NCBI GenBank assembly: GCA_907165135.1
Contig: OU015568.1
Span: 3,968,001-4,032,000 of the forward strand
Direction of reading: 5' to 3'
DNA: 64,000 nucleotides
Source of the DNA: Oikopleura dioica
Lineage: Eukaryota; Animalia; Chordata
The stretch's first letter is position 1. The number at the start of each line of letters is the position of its first letter. A program made the translations under genes and the position numbers. Under the pieces are notes generated by a model, which was not told the origin of the DNA, ran no database searches, and saw nothing but the letters and a program-made list of their open reading frames with translations. Shown here in pieces: positions 10,489 through 22,728 of the stretch.

Positions 10489-12134
10489 TTATTTCAAGAA
10501 GAAAAAGAAGAACAATGAAGTGAAGGCTGAGGAGAGAATCGTCCGATGGTGAAATAATTCTGTGGGTTTAATCAAAATAGATTGATTTGAAGATATTAAA
10601 AGAATGAGCCCGATCCTCTATTAAATTTAATAAACGAAGATTATTCAGAAGCGAAGATTGACTAGGGAGGAATTTTAGAAAACATCTTCTTGTCAATTAT
10701 TTTGAATTAATGCCTGAAGAAGTGATGAAATCAGCACGGGGAGTGTTGCAATCGTCAAAATCACAGTATTTTCGGACCATTGTTACCTGAAAAAAGGAAT
10801 AAAAGAAATGAAATTCGATATATTTACATTTTGTCCTCTGAAATATGGCGACATTTGTCGATTGACGAATCCTTGTGCCCACTGATCTGGCTCTCCAGGC
10901 AGGTTTTCAGAGCATCCTCTTTTGGCAAATTCGTAAAGTTTGTCACGAGACCAGAATTTGGAAACGGCAGAATCGCAGGTTGTAAAATTTGCTCCGTCAC
11001 ATGTCCCCGAAAATTTGCTTTTGACGGAATAGTAGCATTGATCGCGCTCTGCATCCGTGTTGTTTGGCTTTGTTTGGCACTATTGAAAGCATCATTATTT
11101 GACAAGTTATTTGGCTGAGGCAACCTGTAAGCAGTGAAGACCGTCATTGAGGCTCCAATTAAGCTTTGAAGGCAAGTCTGTCACCGTCCAGTAGCCGTTT
11201 TCAGCCACGTTGTCAGTGTAATAAAAGGCTTAAGATCGAGGCTGAGCATTTGTTACATAAATTCAAGACTTGGTGTAAAGTATTCTTGAGCAACTTCCAA
11301 AAAGGACATGAGTTGTGTCACATAAACACAAAGATAATTTTGTTTCACGCGAGATATAGATTCAATATATTTTGTATGTAATTCTGTATCAACATTGCTT
11401 TTGATAATACCAAAGAGCCTCCCCTTGAAGTTTTCCATAATTGCCATAGTTTATCGAGTCAAGCTCGATTGAGCAACCATCAAGATTTCTATTGTAATCG
11501 CATGTCCCTGCTGATGGAAAAAGATACCGTTCCCCTCGCTCATTTCGCTTGTAATATCTTCTTTGATTTCAGACTGTTCAAAAAGCAAAAAAAAAAACAA
11601 GAAATCAAAATCGGCCAATTCCTACAGCCTCGTTCAACAGTCGTGTATTCGATATTCTGCTTCAGATTGCCAACATTTTTATCTATTAAAAATTTTAATT
11701 TCAAGCGTCAGATTCTTTTGAAACTAATCCGATACTAAAAGCATGTTCCGAATTAAAATAATATTGGAAAAAACTTACATCGATATGCGTAGTAGAGATG
11801 ATAACAGCCTGACATAAGCGTTAATTATTTTCGTAAATAATCATAACGGAAATTTACTGACGAGAAAATTCGTTCCCTGTGTTAAGAAATAACGCTCCTG
11901 TTTCGCAAGACTCAAGATTTGACGAGTTTCTACGCGGGTACCAGCAATCGTCATTATCGCTAAGTAATTATATCAATAATTTGCATTCATCAGGTTAAAA
12001 AAGAACCTTCCACTTGTCGGCCTGTCACTTGGTAAGAATCTATCTTTAATTTCTCTCTTTGTACTGGAACAAACGAGGCACTGAAACTGCGCACTTACGA
12101 AATTGCTGGTTAAAAATAATAAAAACAGCTTCAT
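10489..12134 (-). CDS. Ly6/uPAR (three-finger) domain protein, probably two LU-type domains and GPI-anchored
   Basis: MKLFLLFLTSNFVSA-QFQCLVCSST... (ATG 12134). Second domain by splicing: LHCLQ/CQTKPNN...QCYYS...CDGANFTTCDSA...KRGCSE.../VTMVRKYCDFDDCN, with the L.C..C start, RGC and C..D.CN end. A hydrophobic tail is possible near 10490-10550. Middle exons and the 3' end are approximate. Confidence 0.65.
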
Positions 12135-12952
12135 TTTAGAAATAGAATTCCTATTTTTTTTTTGAAAAGAAATGCGAGCCGCGCCCTTCGAAAATAGAAA
12201 AGGGTTAGTTATTGAATCAAGGAGTATCAACCGCGTATTTGTATTAAGATTGCCGGAAGATCTTTTTTTGTATTATGAATTGGTCAGATACAGTGGACGT
12301 GTCTAATAGCATTTCTTCCACAATCGTCATTTTGCTCATAATCTCTTCCTTGATTTTTCAATTATTGATTCGGATTCGATCAGGTTACTTTATTTTCAGC
12401 TAGCTTCCACGCTGGTTCCATTTTGTAATAGGCACCTTGTGGTCTTCATCCAACATGTTTTAAAGGCTGAAAACAACATGTTTTAATAAAATATGTTCTT
12501 CGCGTTTGATGGTTTCAAAATAATTGCCTGGTTTTAATCTTTTCTTATATAACCATACCTTTTTCTTCTTCCCTGTTATTGCATAGTACCCATCTCTGCA
12601 GAGGCTGAAAATTAGCCCGAGAAAGACCATTTTTCACTTCGAATGATATAAAATTAGGAAGACGGGCTTCAGTTCTGAGGGTTTCCAGAACATTCGTCAA
12701 ATTCAAAAGAATTTCGAACAAAAGCGTCTTTGTAAAGAGCATCAAAATTTACCAAAGGCAACAATTAATTAATCAAATAACAAAAAATAATGATTATTAT
12801 GAAATATGCTCTCGAAAATGAACTTTTAAAGTGCTCGCATTGTACCGTGATTATGTCGTAACGACTCTTACTTTGTCGAACTTGTTAATCAACCGAACTT
12901 AAAGGGGTTAAAATGGAAAAGTCAAGTCAATCAAGCACCGTTTTTACGTGAC

Positions 12953-15900
12953 ATGAACATTTCATCAAACACACTATCATTGACGAGAACGATGACAGAA
13001 GAAGTTGAAGCCCCGCTTTTTAATCTAAAAGAGTGTTTTAGAGAATTTTTCTTTCCACTTGAAAATGTTGAGTGTTTTGGGTGCAAATGCACCGGTCGAG
13101 TTAGGAGAACGAAGAAGAAAGTCATTCTCTTGCCGAATAAGAGCGAGAATACTTTTGCTGCGAAAGAAAAATCATGCGCACCTGCAAATCAGTAAGATCT
13201 TTCAAGATGTTTTTGAGAAAGAAAATAATTTTATTTTTAGTGGATTTGGAACGCAAAATCAACTAAAAGGCTTGCTCTTATATGGAAGCTGTTTTTGGAT
13301 TGTCGTTATGATTCTGTGTATGAAAAACCTCTTTTGTATTTAATAATATATAAAAAAATTTTCGGTAAGAAATAATATTTTTCCTAGCAAACATCGTGAA
13401 TTTTGAAAAGTCGAAATTTCAACCATCATTTTTGACGACAGTTTGTCAACTTGGCTTTAAAAAATGCGTTTTGGTAAAGCTTACTTAAATTTCTATCATA
13501 TTTTTCTTCTTTCAGAAAGCAGAAATGGCAGTATGCTCGGACCGGCTTCATAATTGCACTGCTTCAGGAGCTTTTTATCAACCGGATGCTATTTCAAAAA
13601 TTATCAAAGAAGAGCCGCGTCTGCTGGAATTCACCGAGGAGGAAAATGAAATGAATCTGCGAAGATGTAAGAAAAATAAGTTTTACGACGCGAAAATCTG
13701 TCAATATCTCTGCGCTCAGTACTCGATTAAAAGGACTTTCGAGATGCCGAATCAATGTGAGAATATTTGTTTCGCTTTGACTCGCTCTCGCGAAAGCGCA
13801 GGAGAAGTTTGTCCTTATCAAAAATACTGCATAAATGGATGCCCATGTCCTTATTATCAATGTCAGAAAGCAGATGCAGAAGCACAAAAGTACCAGATTG
13901 TTTGGAACACCACCGTCGGGGACAGTGTTCAAGTAGCTGATGACACCCTTATTTATCGACGAGACGAAGCTTGGGATAGACTACCAGCTGAAAGACGAAA
14001 CCAAAATGGTGTCGGGTCAATTTCAACATTCCCAATGAAATTCTTCAATTTTATTTCAGGAAAATCAAGCAAGATAAAGCTCAACAATGACACGTTTTTC
14101 AATGATCATGAACGGCTTCATTATTTCGAATTATTTCATTATTTCATAATTTCATTATTTCGAACAATTTTCTGAAGAAATTTTATTAAAATTGATAATT
14201 AAAGAAGCCGATTTAAGTCCGTAGGAACAGCTTTTCTCCAGGGCCAGCATTATTTGGTCAGTAAATCTGGCCATCTTGCCCGACTGCGTGAAGAAGACTC
14301 CTCCTTGGAACTCGTGATTGATAAAATTATCGGATACAATGACCTCTTTATGTTCCATTTCTTCTCAAGTATCGGCACCTACCATATTGAAATCCCTCAT
14401 GAAGGGCGTTTTCCCGTGATTGTCATTTGTTCATCTTTTGCAAGAAGAGACAAGTGCTTTTACTACGCTCCGATCCAAAAGAATATAAGAAGATTCGAGG
14501 TCGCCCAGGGCTTAATTGCTAATAATCACTGGAATGCAAAAACGAACATTTTGACCTGGCAAGATCGATTTTATATAATGAGCTTACGCTACGGCGAAGT
14601 CGAGATCAGGACTTCTTCGACAACGTCCCTAACGCAGCTCAGACTGATGGAAGAGGAAGAAAAAGGATGGAAGAAGGGATCAATACATTTTCCAGTGAAT
14701 TTCAAAAACATCGATGTGGTAGATGCGATTCCGCTCAAAGATCTTGATCGATTGCTTTATATCTTGGTTTCAAGAGATATCGCTACAGCAAGTGTCAAAT
14801 ACTCGCTGATTCTCTCGGAAAAGGGCCAACTGATTGTTCTCGGCTCCCAATTCGTCGATAATATTCTTGAATACCGCACGAACGAATTCTGCTTGTCAGC
14901 AATGCTCGCATCGAACGATCCTTTCTACAATCGCCCTCTTCGCTACGAGTGCGAGTACTTTCAAAATGTAATGAACATCGAGGATCGATTGTTCATTCAA
15001 AATTTGATTTTCGACAACGTCTTCGAGCTTGACTCCGATTTTTCTTCATTAAAACTGGTCTTCAAAGAAAAACCAAAGAATCAAATGATGCATGTTACGA
15101 GCAACCCGGGGTTTGCTTTCCACGATGATGTTTTTCCCGGCTTCGCGAAAAACACCGTCTTTCAAAAAAATTTCACAAGCACGAATGTGGCAACAAGCAA
15201 TACTGTAAAATCATCGTTCCCTTCGACACGCTAAGACTGACAGATGAGCGAGAACATTTGTCAACAATCAAATATCATCAAAATTGGAAGCTTCAATTTG
15301 AACTAAAGTGCTCCGCCATCGTTCGTTCTCAAGGATATGTTGAGTTACGATTTAATGATGAGTCGGTGTTTTTGAGGATCGAAATCGCTAAGAAAAAGTC
15401 AATATACTTCAAATTTGGCAACAAAAAGGGCATCAATGATGAGATCTTAACCTGCCTAGATGAATGGCAAAAGATAGAAATTCAAAATTCGAGTGGCTTT
15501 TGGCACATCAAAATCGTCACTGGACAATACAAGAAAAAATATACTTCAATCAAGAAAATTTTCATCGGCTCAGATCTCGTGATACCAGATGAGAACCAAA
15601 GAGTAGAAGTTCATGCAAAGGGAAGCGATATTTACCTGAGAAGTGTTTATTACTTTGAGCGTTTGGAGGTAGCACTTCTCATGATTCTTTAAATTTAATC
15701 AAATTAAAGCCGTTTATCTTGATGCTTGGCGAAGCGTATTGGTTTGATCATGGATGCGCCTTCTGTAATTTCAAAAAAGTAACCTCTTCTGATGGTTTTT
15801 ACCGACAAGACGTAAAGCTTGACATACCTAAAGCAAAATGGGACCGACCGAGGAAATTTCTCGACTCCTCTCGAGCTCTTTTACTCAAAGACGAGATTTA

Positions 15901-16935
15901 CTTCTTTGGCGGTCTAGGTGGAAAGATGTCTGACGGAAGAAAGATTGCAAAATTGACGGATTGTCGTATTCGAGAAACAAAATACAGGCTCAAATATCAG
16001 TATCGCCGCTCTCGTTTGTCTGTCGTCAGCTTCAATCGAGAAGGAAGAACACTTGGTATGTAACAGTATCAAGTTGAGTCCAGGAGCGTTTGATAAATAT
16101 TATTAAGGCATGATCTGCTTTTCGAATGTTATTGGCGACAAATTTGCGTCTTTCAAGAACTGTGAAACATTTGATGGTCAAAAAACAAGCGTGATTGAGT
16201 CGACAGGAGGGGTTCAAATTGACAAAAAAGAATCGCTAAGAGTTAAAAACATTTGACACCCATATCTCCAGCTTATGATCACAAGGCTGGTTGTCTGGGT
16301 CTCTTCAAGGGAAACCCTACTGCAATTGGAAACTATCTGGGCTCCGGAGATTTCAACAAAATTGAGACTCCAAGGGGAATTACCGAAACTCTAACATCAG
16401 ATGGATGGCTTCGTCTCAATGACCATCCACGGTACTTCAAAAATTAATTCGTTAAAAATGAATTTATTCAGTTATCCAGCATATCTGTCTTGTGTTTCAA
16501 TGGATGAGGGGCTCATGACTGTGGGCGGCCAAAGGAAGGGTTTTTGACTCGAACTGAGTCGAAATATTTAAAACTAATCTTAACCCCTTTTATTGCCAAG
16601 AATACAACGAAATCGAGGACAGGACTCCTATAAAAGGTGTTTGGATGCTATACGAAAAAACAGGGGACTGGAAGCAAATTGGTTCAATGAAAATGACATC
16701 TTCGGCAAATACAGCGCTGCGAGTTGGCAATCAGATTTTCGTACTGAGCGGCGTGGACCATCCTGATGATTATGCGAGCCAGATAGAAACTTCAAGCAGA
16801 AGAGGTCTTAGAGGCTTCGAAAGGCTGGACTGGGATGGAGAAAAAGTTTCCAGCACACTTTTATCGCTAGAAGAAGATTACAATAACTCGCCGATTTTGC
16901 TGCAAGTTCCGATAGATTTTTGTCCGCTTGTTTAA
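12953..16935 (+). CDS. Lineage-expanded family protein: TM segment, Cys-rich CPxxKYCxNGCPCP domain, inserted region, C-terminal Kelch-like propeller
   Basis: LLLYGSCFWIVVMILC (TM); EENEMNLRRC...CPYQKYCINGCPCPYYQC; FAFHDDVFPGFAKN; IYFFGGLGG, LGLFKGNPTAIG, GWLRLNDHPR, PILLQVPIDFC*. Co-linear with the paralog at 31.3-35.6 kb. Start codon uncertain. Confidence 0.75.
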
Positions 16936-17199
16936 ATTTTTAGAGCTTTTTTGTAATAAAAACAATGAAATTTCTAGTTTCAAATCCCCTTGATTTTTAT
17001 TCGAATATTCTCGAAAAAGAAGCATTCATTGAGACACGTACGTAGCTTGTGACCTTCGAAATGTCCGGGAAACGTCGTCCTTGCTTTCTATCTAAATCCC
17101 TTTGCCATTTCTACAGGAGCTTTACGCTCATAAAAACACACCGCCGGCTCTGCAAATCTCCAAGAAACGGCTCACTTTGAGTTTAACTAAGTCGAGAGA

Positions 17200-18622
17200 A
17201 TGAAGCTCCTTGCTGCAGGTAATCTCAAATTTTAATTTCTACAAGCAAGACAGAATTTATCAAGGTCTTTTGGGCATCGCCCTCGCTAAAGGTCATGGCG
17301 ATCATGAGGACTCCGGTTACCATGATTCCACTGAACCCGAGGCCGAGGCAGAGCCAGAGCCTGAACCAGAGTACGGCTACGAACCAAATACGGTTGATAA
17401 CCTTTGCGAAAACGGCCAGCACCAGTCCCCGATTGACCTAGCTTTTGTCCACCCTCAATTCCATATGCACGAGACGAAACATGCGGGCAAGTCTAACAGC
17501 ACAGATGGATATGGCGAGGAATTCAAATGGCACTTCGAGTCAGACGGTCATTCAATCAACCTTTTCCTCGAAGATGAGGACGCTGAAAAACTTCAACTGC
17601 ACGAGGAAGATGCCAGCTATACTTTTCATCATATCACTTTTCGGTAAAAACTTTTAACTTAGCAAAACTTAAAATTTGATAAAGATGGGGAGACTTTGAC
17701 CAAGGCGGATCAGAGCACACCGTCAACCATCAGCATGCTTTCGGAGAACTTCAGGCGTGGCATAGAATGAGCAATCTTACCGACGAGGAAGCTCTCGACA
17801 ATCTCAACGGTTTCCGCGTCGTGAGCGCTTTCGTCGAGCTCTGCGAAGTCGACTCGTCTCGTAAGGAGTTTGCATATTGATTATTTATAAATAAGTTTTC
17901 AGCCGTCTTCAACGAAATCTCACAACGGCTAAGAAGCAAATCCAAGAACGAGAAAGAAGATGGCAAACTCGACAAGTTTCATTTCAGCTACAACGATTTC
18001 TTCCATGCTACTGGTTCAAATGATTAAAAAAATGAGTTTTTCATCCCTAGAAAAAATCATACCATAGGTATTTGAATCTGCTGAACAGGAGTCGACCCAG
18101 GAGCATTCTACTACTACCACGGATCTCATACTCATCCCGAGAACAACGCCTGCTCCGAATCCGTCGGATGGGTCATCATGCAGGATGCGATCCGCATAAC
18201 CAAGAACACTGTAAGAAAGTAGATTTTTATGCTTGTCATTGAGAAATTTTAGGCGAAAAACATCATGAAAATGTCGAAAGATGAAGATGGCGAGTACATC
18301 AAGCACAACAACCGACGCACTCAGGTAACCTTCGTCAAGTTCACAAAAACCCTTCCTAACTCAACTCAAGCCCTGGTACGATCGAGACGTTCATCACTTT
18401 TCCTACAACCCACAGGCGTCAAAAATGATCATGCACAATCGCCGCCAATTCGACATGGCACGACACAACATGCACATGAAAATGATGCATATGCACGAAG
18501 AAATCGACAAGCTCAAGGGTAAAATGAAAGAGCATCGACAAGGATCCGGCAAGGCTACTACTGGCAAGCCCAAATCTGGAATGAGCAAGAATGGCAAGAA
18601 ATCTCCAAAATCTCGACGATAA
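17200..18622 (+). CDS. Secreted alpha-carbonic-anhydrase-related protein (zinc ligands replaced) with a His/Met/Lys-rich tail
   Basis: MKLLAA/GLLGIALA signal; CENGQHQSPID, DGHSI, HHITFR/WG, GSEHTV, GELQ, YYYHGSHTHP...CSESVGWVI, NNRRTQ/PWYDRDV. Exon 1 is 17200-17218, exon 2 is 17265-17643, exon 3 starts at 17685. Confidence 0.88.
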
Positions 18623-18720
18623 ACTGATTCTGATAAAAAAAACTGTTCGAGAAATAGAAATTGTAGCGAAAAAGTTGTCCTTTATAAATGTCTATTTATG
18701 TACAGGAAATATCTATGGCA

Positions 18721-19501
18721 TCAGCATTGTCCTATTGATTCAATCTCTCCGTTTTCGCAGCATTCATGGCTAGAAATACAGTATCTATCAGTCGGAAAAG
18801 CAAACTTACGTGAGACTGTTGTACATAAAAAATGGAGTAATTTTCTGAGCTCCAGAGCAGCAGGAACGACCACTTCCATTCTCCCCCTTCTCCATGTTTG
18901 TTCTGTAAGTCGTCCTTGCCTCGCAGTTTTTCTTCGAGTCCCAGATTTGAGAGCCCGAGCTTACCTGATCCATCTGCTTAATATTTGAAAAGTTAGGATT
19001 AAAGGACTCGTATTCGAGCGAGTGAATTTTGGCAAAATGTTTGTCACACTCGCACAGTGATCTTCCGCATGTTCCCCGCTGATTTGTGCACATGACTCGG
19101 CCCGAATCCGTCTCGAAAAGATAGGTTTTTAGCTCAGGCTTGCAATCGGAGCCGAATTGGGCAAGAGAACACTGGATACATTCTTTGTAGATTTTGCAGG
19201 CGCGGTCGAGTTTGTCAACCGGTTTTCCGAAGCCTTTCTCGGACATGAATCGATCGCCGAATTGGAAACAATGGCAGCCGTAAAGCTTTTCAAATGGTTT
19301 TCAAAGTCGTTGAAAGTTTAAATTATTGTGATTTTCAACCATTAGCCAAAGTCTTGAAGAACTGAACTGCGGGTTGTAAATCGTCATCTGCGTAATCAAC
19401 TGATCATATCTTTTCCCCGCCAGGCTCAATCTACTCTCGAACTCGTCATTTTCAAACGATTGCGCCAAAGCTTTGCCAATAAAAAATCCTAGAAATTTCA
19501 T
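18721..19501 (-). CDS. Second PLA2-like secreted protein, probably non-catalytic
   Basis: MKFLGFFIGKALA; LYGCHCFQFGDRFMSEKGFGKPVDKLDRACKIYKECIQC...CGRSLCECDKHFA...YNSLT/HECCENGEIESIGQC*. Last intron 18770-18809 (GT-AG); first intron boundaries approximate. Confidence 0.88.
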
Positions 19502-19751
19502 CTTGCTTTGAATAAACGATGCTGTTTTTTGAGTTAGTTGTATGCACGAATTTTTTGGACTCGTGATGGGTCAGAGGGCGCTATCGGGCGGCACAGACGG
19601 CGGTGAAGCTTCTTTAGTGGCCGTGGCTGATGCGCCTGTTTGTTTTGTCAAGTAAAGATAAAGTCAGAATACAAGCCTGAAAAGACTCGAAATTCTCTAG
19701 AATCCGGGTGTTTTTTCATGAAAAACACAACATACAATCAGTTTACAGAAG

Positions 19752-20430
19752 ATGTCAGACGAAGGGTGTGTGATTTATCAGGGTACAAACCCACGTCATG
19801 CTGTGTTCATTTGGGCAACAATGATCACCTTGATCACAATTGGGATAACGGTCTCCCTCTTGAATCCTAGGACCAATATTTGCCAAGTTGAGAATCCACT
19901 TATTCTTGAAGATGGAGAGACAAGAGTCTTGGTTCCTCCAGCAAGCGAAAACTGTTTATAAGGAAACTGGGAAGATAATCTGAATCGAGAAATGTGGGAC
20001 CGCAGTAGTAATAATCGGAAATGCCCCGACGATTGCGATGCAAAATATCTCTATCGACGCGATATTTACTGTGACTGTAGGTTTTCTCTAAATTTTGCCA
20101 TTCTTTAAAATTTTTAGTGACGATCAAATCAAGTGGAAAACCAATCACCTACAAAATCAACTATTTTGACGTCCATCCTGACTGCGGAGATTACCTTCAA
20201 ATTGGGGATTCTGTGAAATGTATGACAGTCATACTATGACTGGCGTAAGTTTTTTCAGAATTGATTATTCATAATTAAGATTTTAGGCTAACAACGATTT
20301 GCCGAGTGTTCAAACAGGCTTGAACGAATTGCAGCTCATCTGGAACAGTGATGGTGCGAAATACTATCCAAGTGAATCTGTGCCTGGAATGGCGGGATTT
20401 AATCTGACTGTTGGTGCTGGTGATTTTTGA
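19752..20430 (+). CDS. Small type II membrane protein with a single CUB domain
   Basis: MSDEGC...VFIWATMITLITIGITVSLL (TM); YLYRRDIYCDC, ITYKINYFDVHPDCGDYLQIGD, NELQLIWNSDG...GFNLTV* follow the CUB pattern (FD..C.DYL.I.D; SD; GF). Confidence 0.7.
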
Positions 20431-20613
20431 GACCTTGGAAAAAAAGAAGCCTGTGTTGAATTGTACAGATATTGAGATCTATTGTCAATAAAATATTCTT
20501 ATTCACAGATGTCATCTCAGAGCAACGAGTACCCCAAAAACGTTCATTTGCGGAAATATAACTGCGGAATATTGTCGCTCTCTATTTTTTAATCGAGACC
20601 ATGATATTCATAT

Positions 20614-20642
20614 AAACCCTAACCCTAACCCAAACCCTAACC
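20614..20642. repeat. Interstitial telomere-like (AACCCT)n tract, about 5 units
   Basis: aaaccctaaccctaacccaaaccctaacc. Confidence 0.8.
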
Positions 20643-20787
20643 AGATTTTGGTAGCATAGAAAACGTGAATCATGTACCAAAAACGACGTCATAAAAAAGT
20701 TAATTGATAAGTCTTTTATTCTACCCTTATTTGGTATGTTGAGACTGCTGAAGCGTAACAATAGACAAGTGATTCGGCGCCAGTCTC

Positions 20788-20794
20788 TATAAAA
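20788..20794 (+). promoter_or_regulatory. Candidate TATA box of the claudin gene
   Basis: TATAAAA about 35 nt upstream of a GTAAGT donor (20825) that would open a 5'UTR intron ending tttcatag just before ATG 20913. Confidence 0.5.
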
Positions 20795-20912
20795 GAGAGC
20801 GCTTCCTTTGTGATCCTAGAGAGAGTAAGTTTTCAATTCACTTTTTACGACCAGAAAAATATCCCTGTGAGAAAAGCCTAAATCGAAGAGAAAAAGCAAA
20901 CTTTCATAGAAG

Positions 20913-22145
20913 ATGGGGAACGCAGGGCAATTGATGGGAATCGCCATGATGGGGGTCTCTCTTCTCATCTGTTTATTTTGTAACGGTAAGTTTTTTGATA
21001 AAGATATTTTTTCTTCATTTTTTTATCGATGAATAGAACGTCCTCATGACAAATCTATTTAACAATTTTTTACTTGAGCCTATTTCAAAAAAGCAATCTT
21101 TGATAAAACCAATATAAACCGTATAAAGAAGATCCTACTCATCCGTTATTCATAAAGCGGATTCCTCTTGACATATTTTATCTCAGGGGAAGACAAATGG
21201 GGTCGTTACGATGTCGCAAATCAAGTGGTCGAGAGCCGAAATGAGTATTTCGGCCTTTGGAAACGATGTATTTACTTGAGTACTGGAAATTTCGACTGCG
21301 ATAATTATGACAAGTATGAACACTTAATTCGATCTTGTTTGAAACGATTTCAGTTACGTTCTTGGTTCAATGCCACACATGGTCGCAGCCCGAGGAATGG
21401 TCATTGTTGGACTGATGGTTCTCCCCATCGCAATCATTCTTGGCCTTTTTGCAATGGACTGCACTACAATGATGCAGAGCAAGAAAGCACAAGTTGTCAC
21501 TGGAGTCATCGGAACTCTTGGCGGCCTCTGCTTCTGTAAGTGATATTCCAACGACGCATATGAAAGACTTTCTAGTGACTACATCTGTGATGATGATCTC
21601 GATTCTGATGAGAAACATCAACAACCAATTCTACATGTACGGAACTCATGTCGCTCAAGGAAGCCAATGGAGAGGCAGAAGAGGTAAAACAGCTTTCTTC
21701 CACTAATTTTCTAGTCAAAAACTCAGGATTCTCCGCTGTCGCCGAACGAGGAGAAGTTTCCCCATGCGGCGAATTTGCTGTCGTTTGTTACGTTCCAGAC
21801 GGAAGCGGAGGTTTCAAAGAGTGGCATCCAAACAATCCAGCTGATGAAAATGGCCTCAAGACGAGATTTTATGGCGTTCGAGCAGAAGACGACTTCATGA
21901 GCGACTCCAATGTTCGATTTGCCCTTTCTACCTGGCTCGGTAATTCTTTCCTTTCGAACGATTATTTCATCTTTTTAGCACTTATCGGAGGATTGATTGG
22001 CACTATTGGCGGTATTGTCTTCTTGTGCTCAAGAGGAAACGATGATGAATACGAAGAAGACTACCACCCTCAATATTCCGCCGCAAATTCGTACAAAGGA
22101 TCGAACAAAAGCCATCCTAACAAGCGAGAGCCTTCGTACCTTTAA
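20913..22145 (+). CDS. cldn: Claudin-family tetraspan protein with an enlarged second extracellular loop
   Basis: TM1 LMGIAMMGVSLLICLF; signature KW...GLWKRC...FDCD; TM2 MVIVGLMVLPIAIILGLFAMDCT; TM3 VVTGVIGTLGGLCFLTTSVMMISI; TM4 ALSTWL/ALIGGLIGTIGGIVFLC; C-terminus PSYL*. Confidence 0.88.
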
Positions 22146-22728
22146 AATTTGAGAGATTCGCACTGTTAAATTTTCGACTTTTACTTTTGACTGAAACAAT
22201 CAAAAATATACAATCATTTTATCATCTAAGCCGGTATTTTCAACTGCACTGTCCTACTCTAGAAAATTGCCGTTAGATAATACGACCGCTAAGGAGTAGC
22301 GGAATTGCTAATTGCTCACTTGGGCTTGGCGACTTGGCTGCGGCGGATTAAAATCCCATTTTGTTGTTTAGTGACTACTTTGCGGTTTCGATTTTTTCGG
22401 CAATCACTATCGGCTCTTAGGAGATATTTCACTGTAGAAATTTCGAAATATGGTTTTTTCGATAACAGGGCTTTTTTTCTTGTTTTTTATTTTGTACTTT
22501 ACTGTCAGTTGGAATGAAATAAGGTTAATAATAAGTTAAGGTTTTACTGATAAAGCGATGGAGTGTACTTTCGGATTTGTTTTTCGCAGTGAGAAATAGT
22601 AGTTGACCCTCTCGAAGGTTCTTTCAAGAGCTGTTAGTTCATTTTGTTAGGTTTGAAGAAATTAGAAATTAAATTATTGCATTTTTGTTTTTGAGACTTC
22701 TGTACATATAAATATCTTTAGACAGGGC

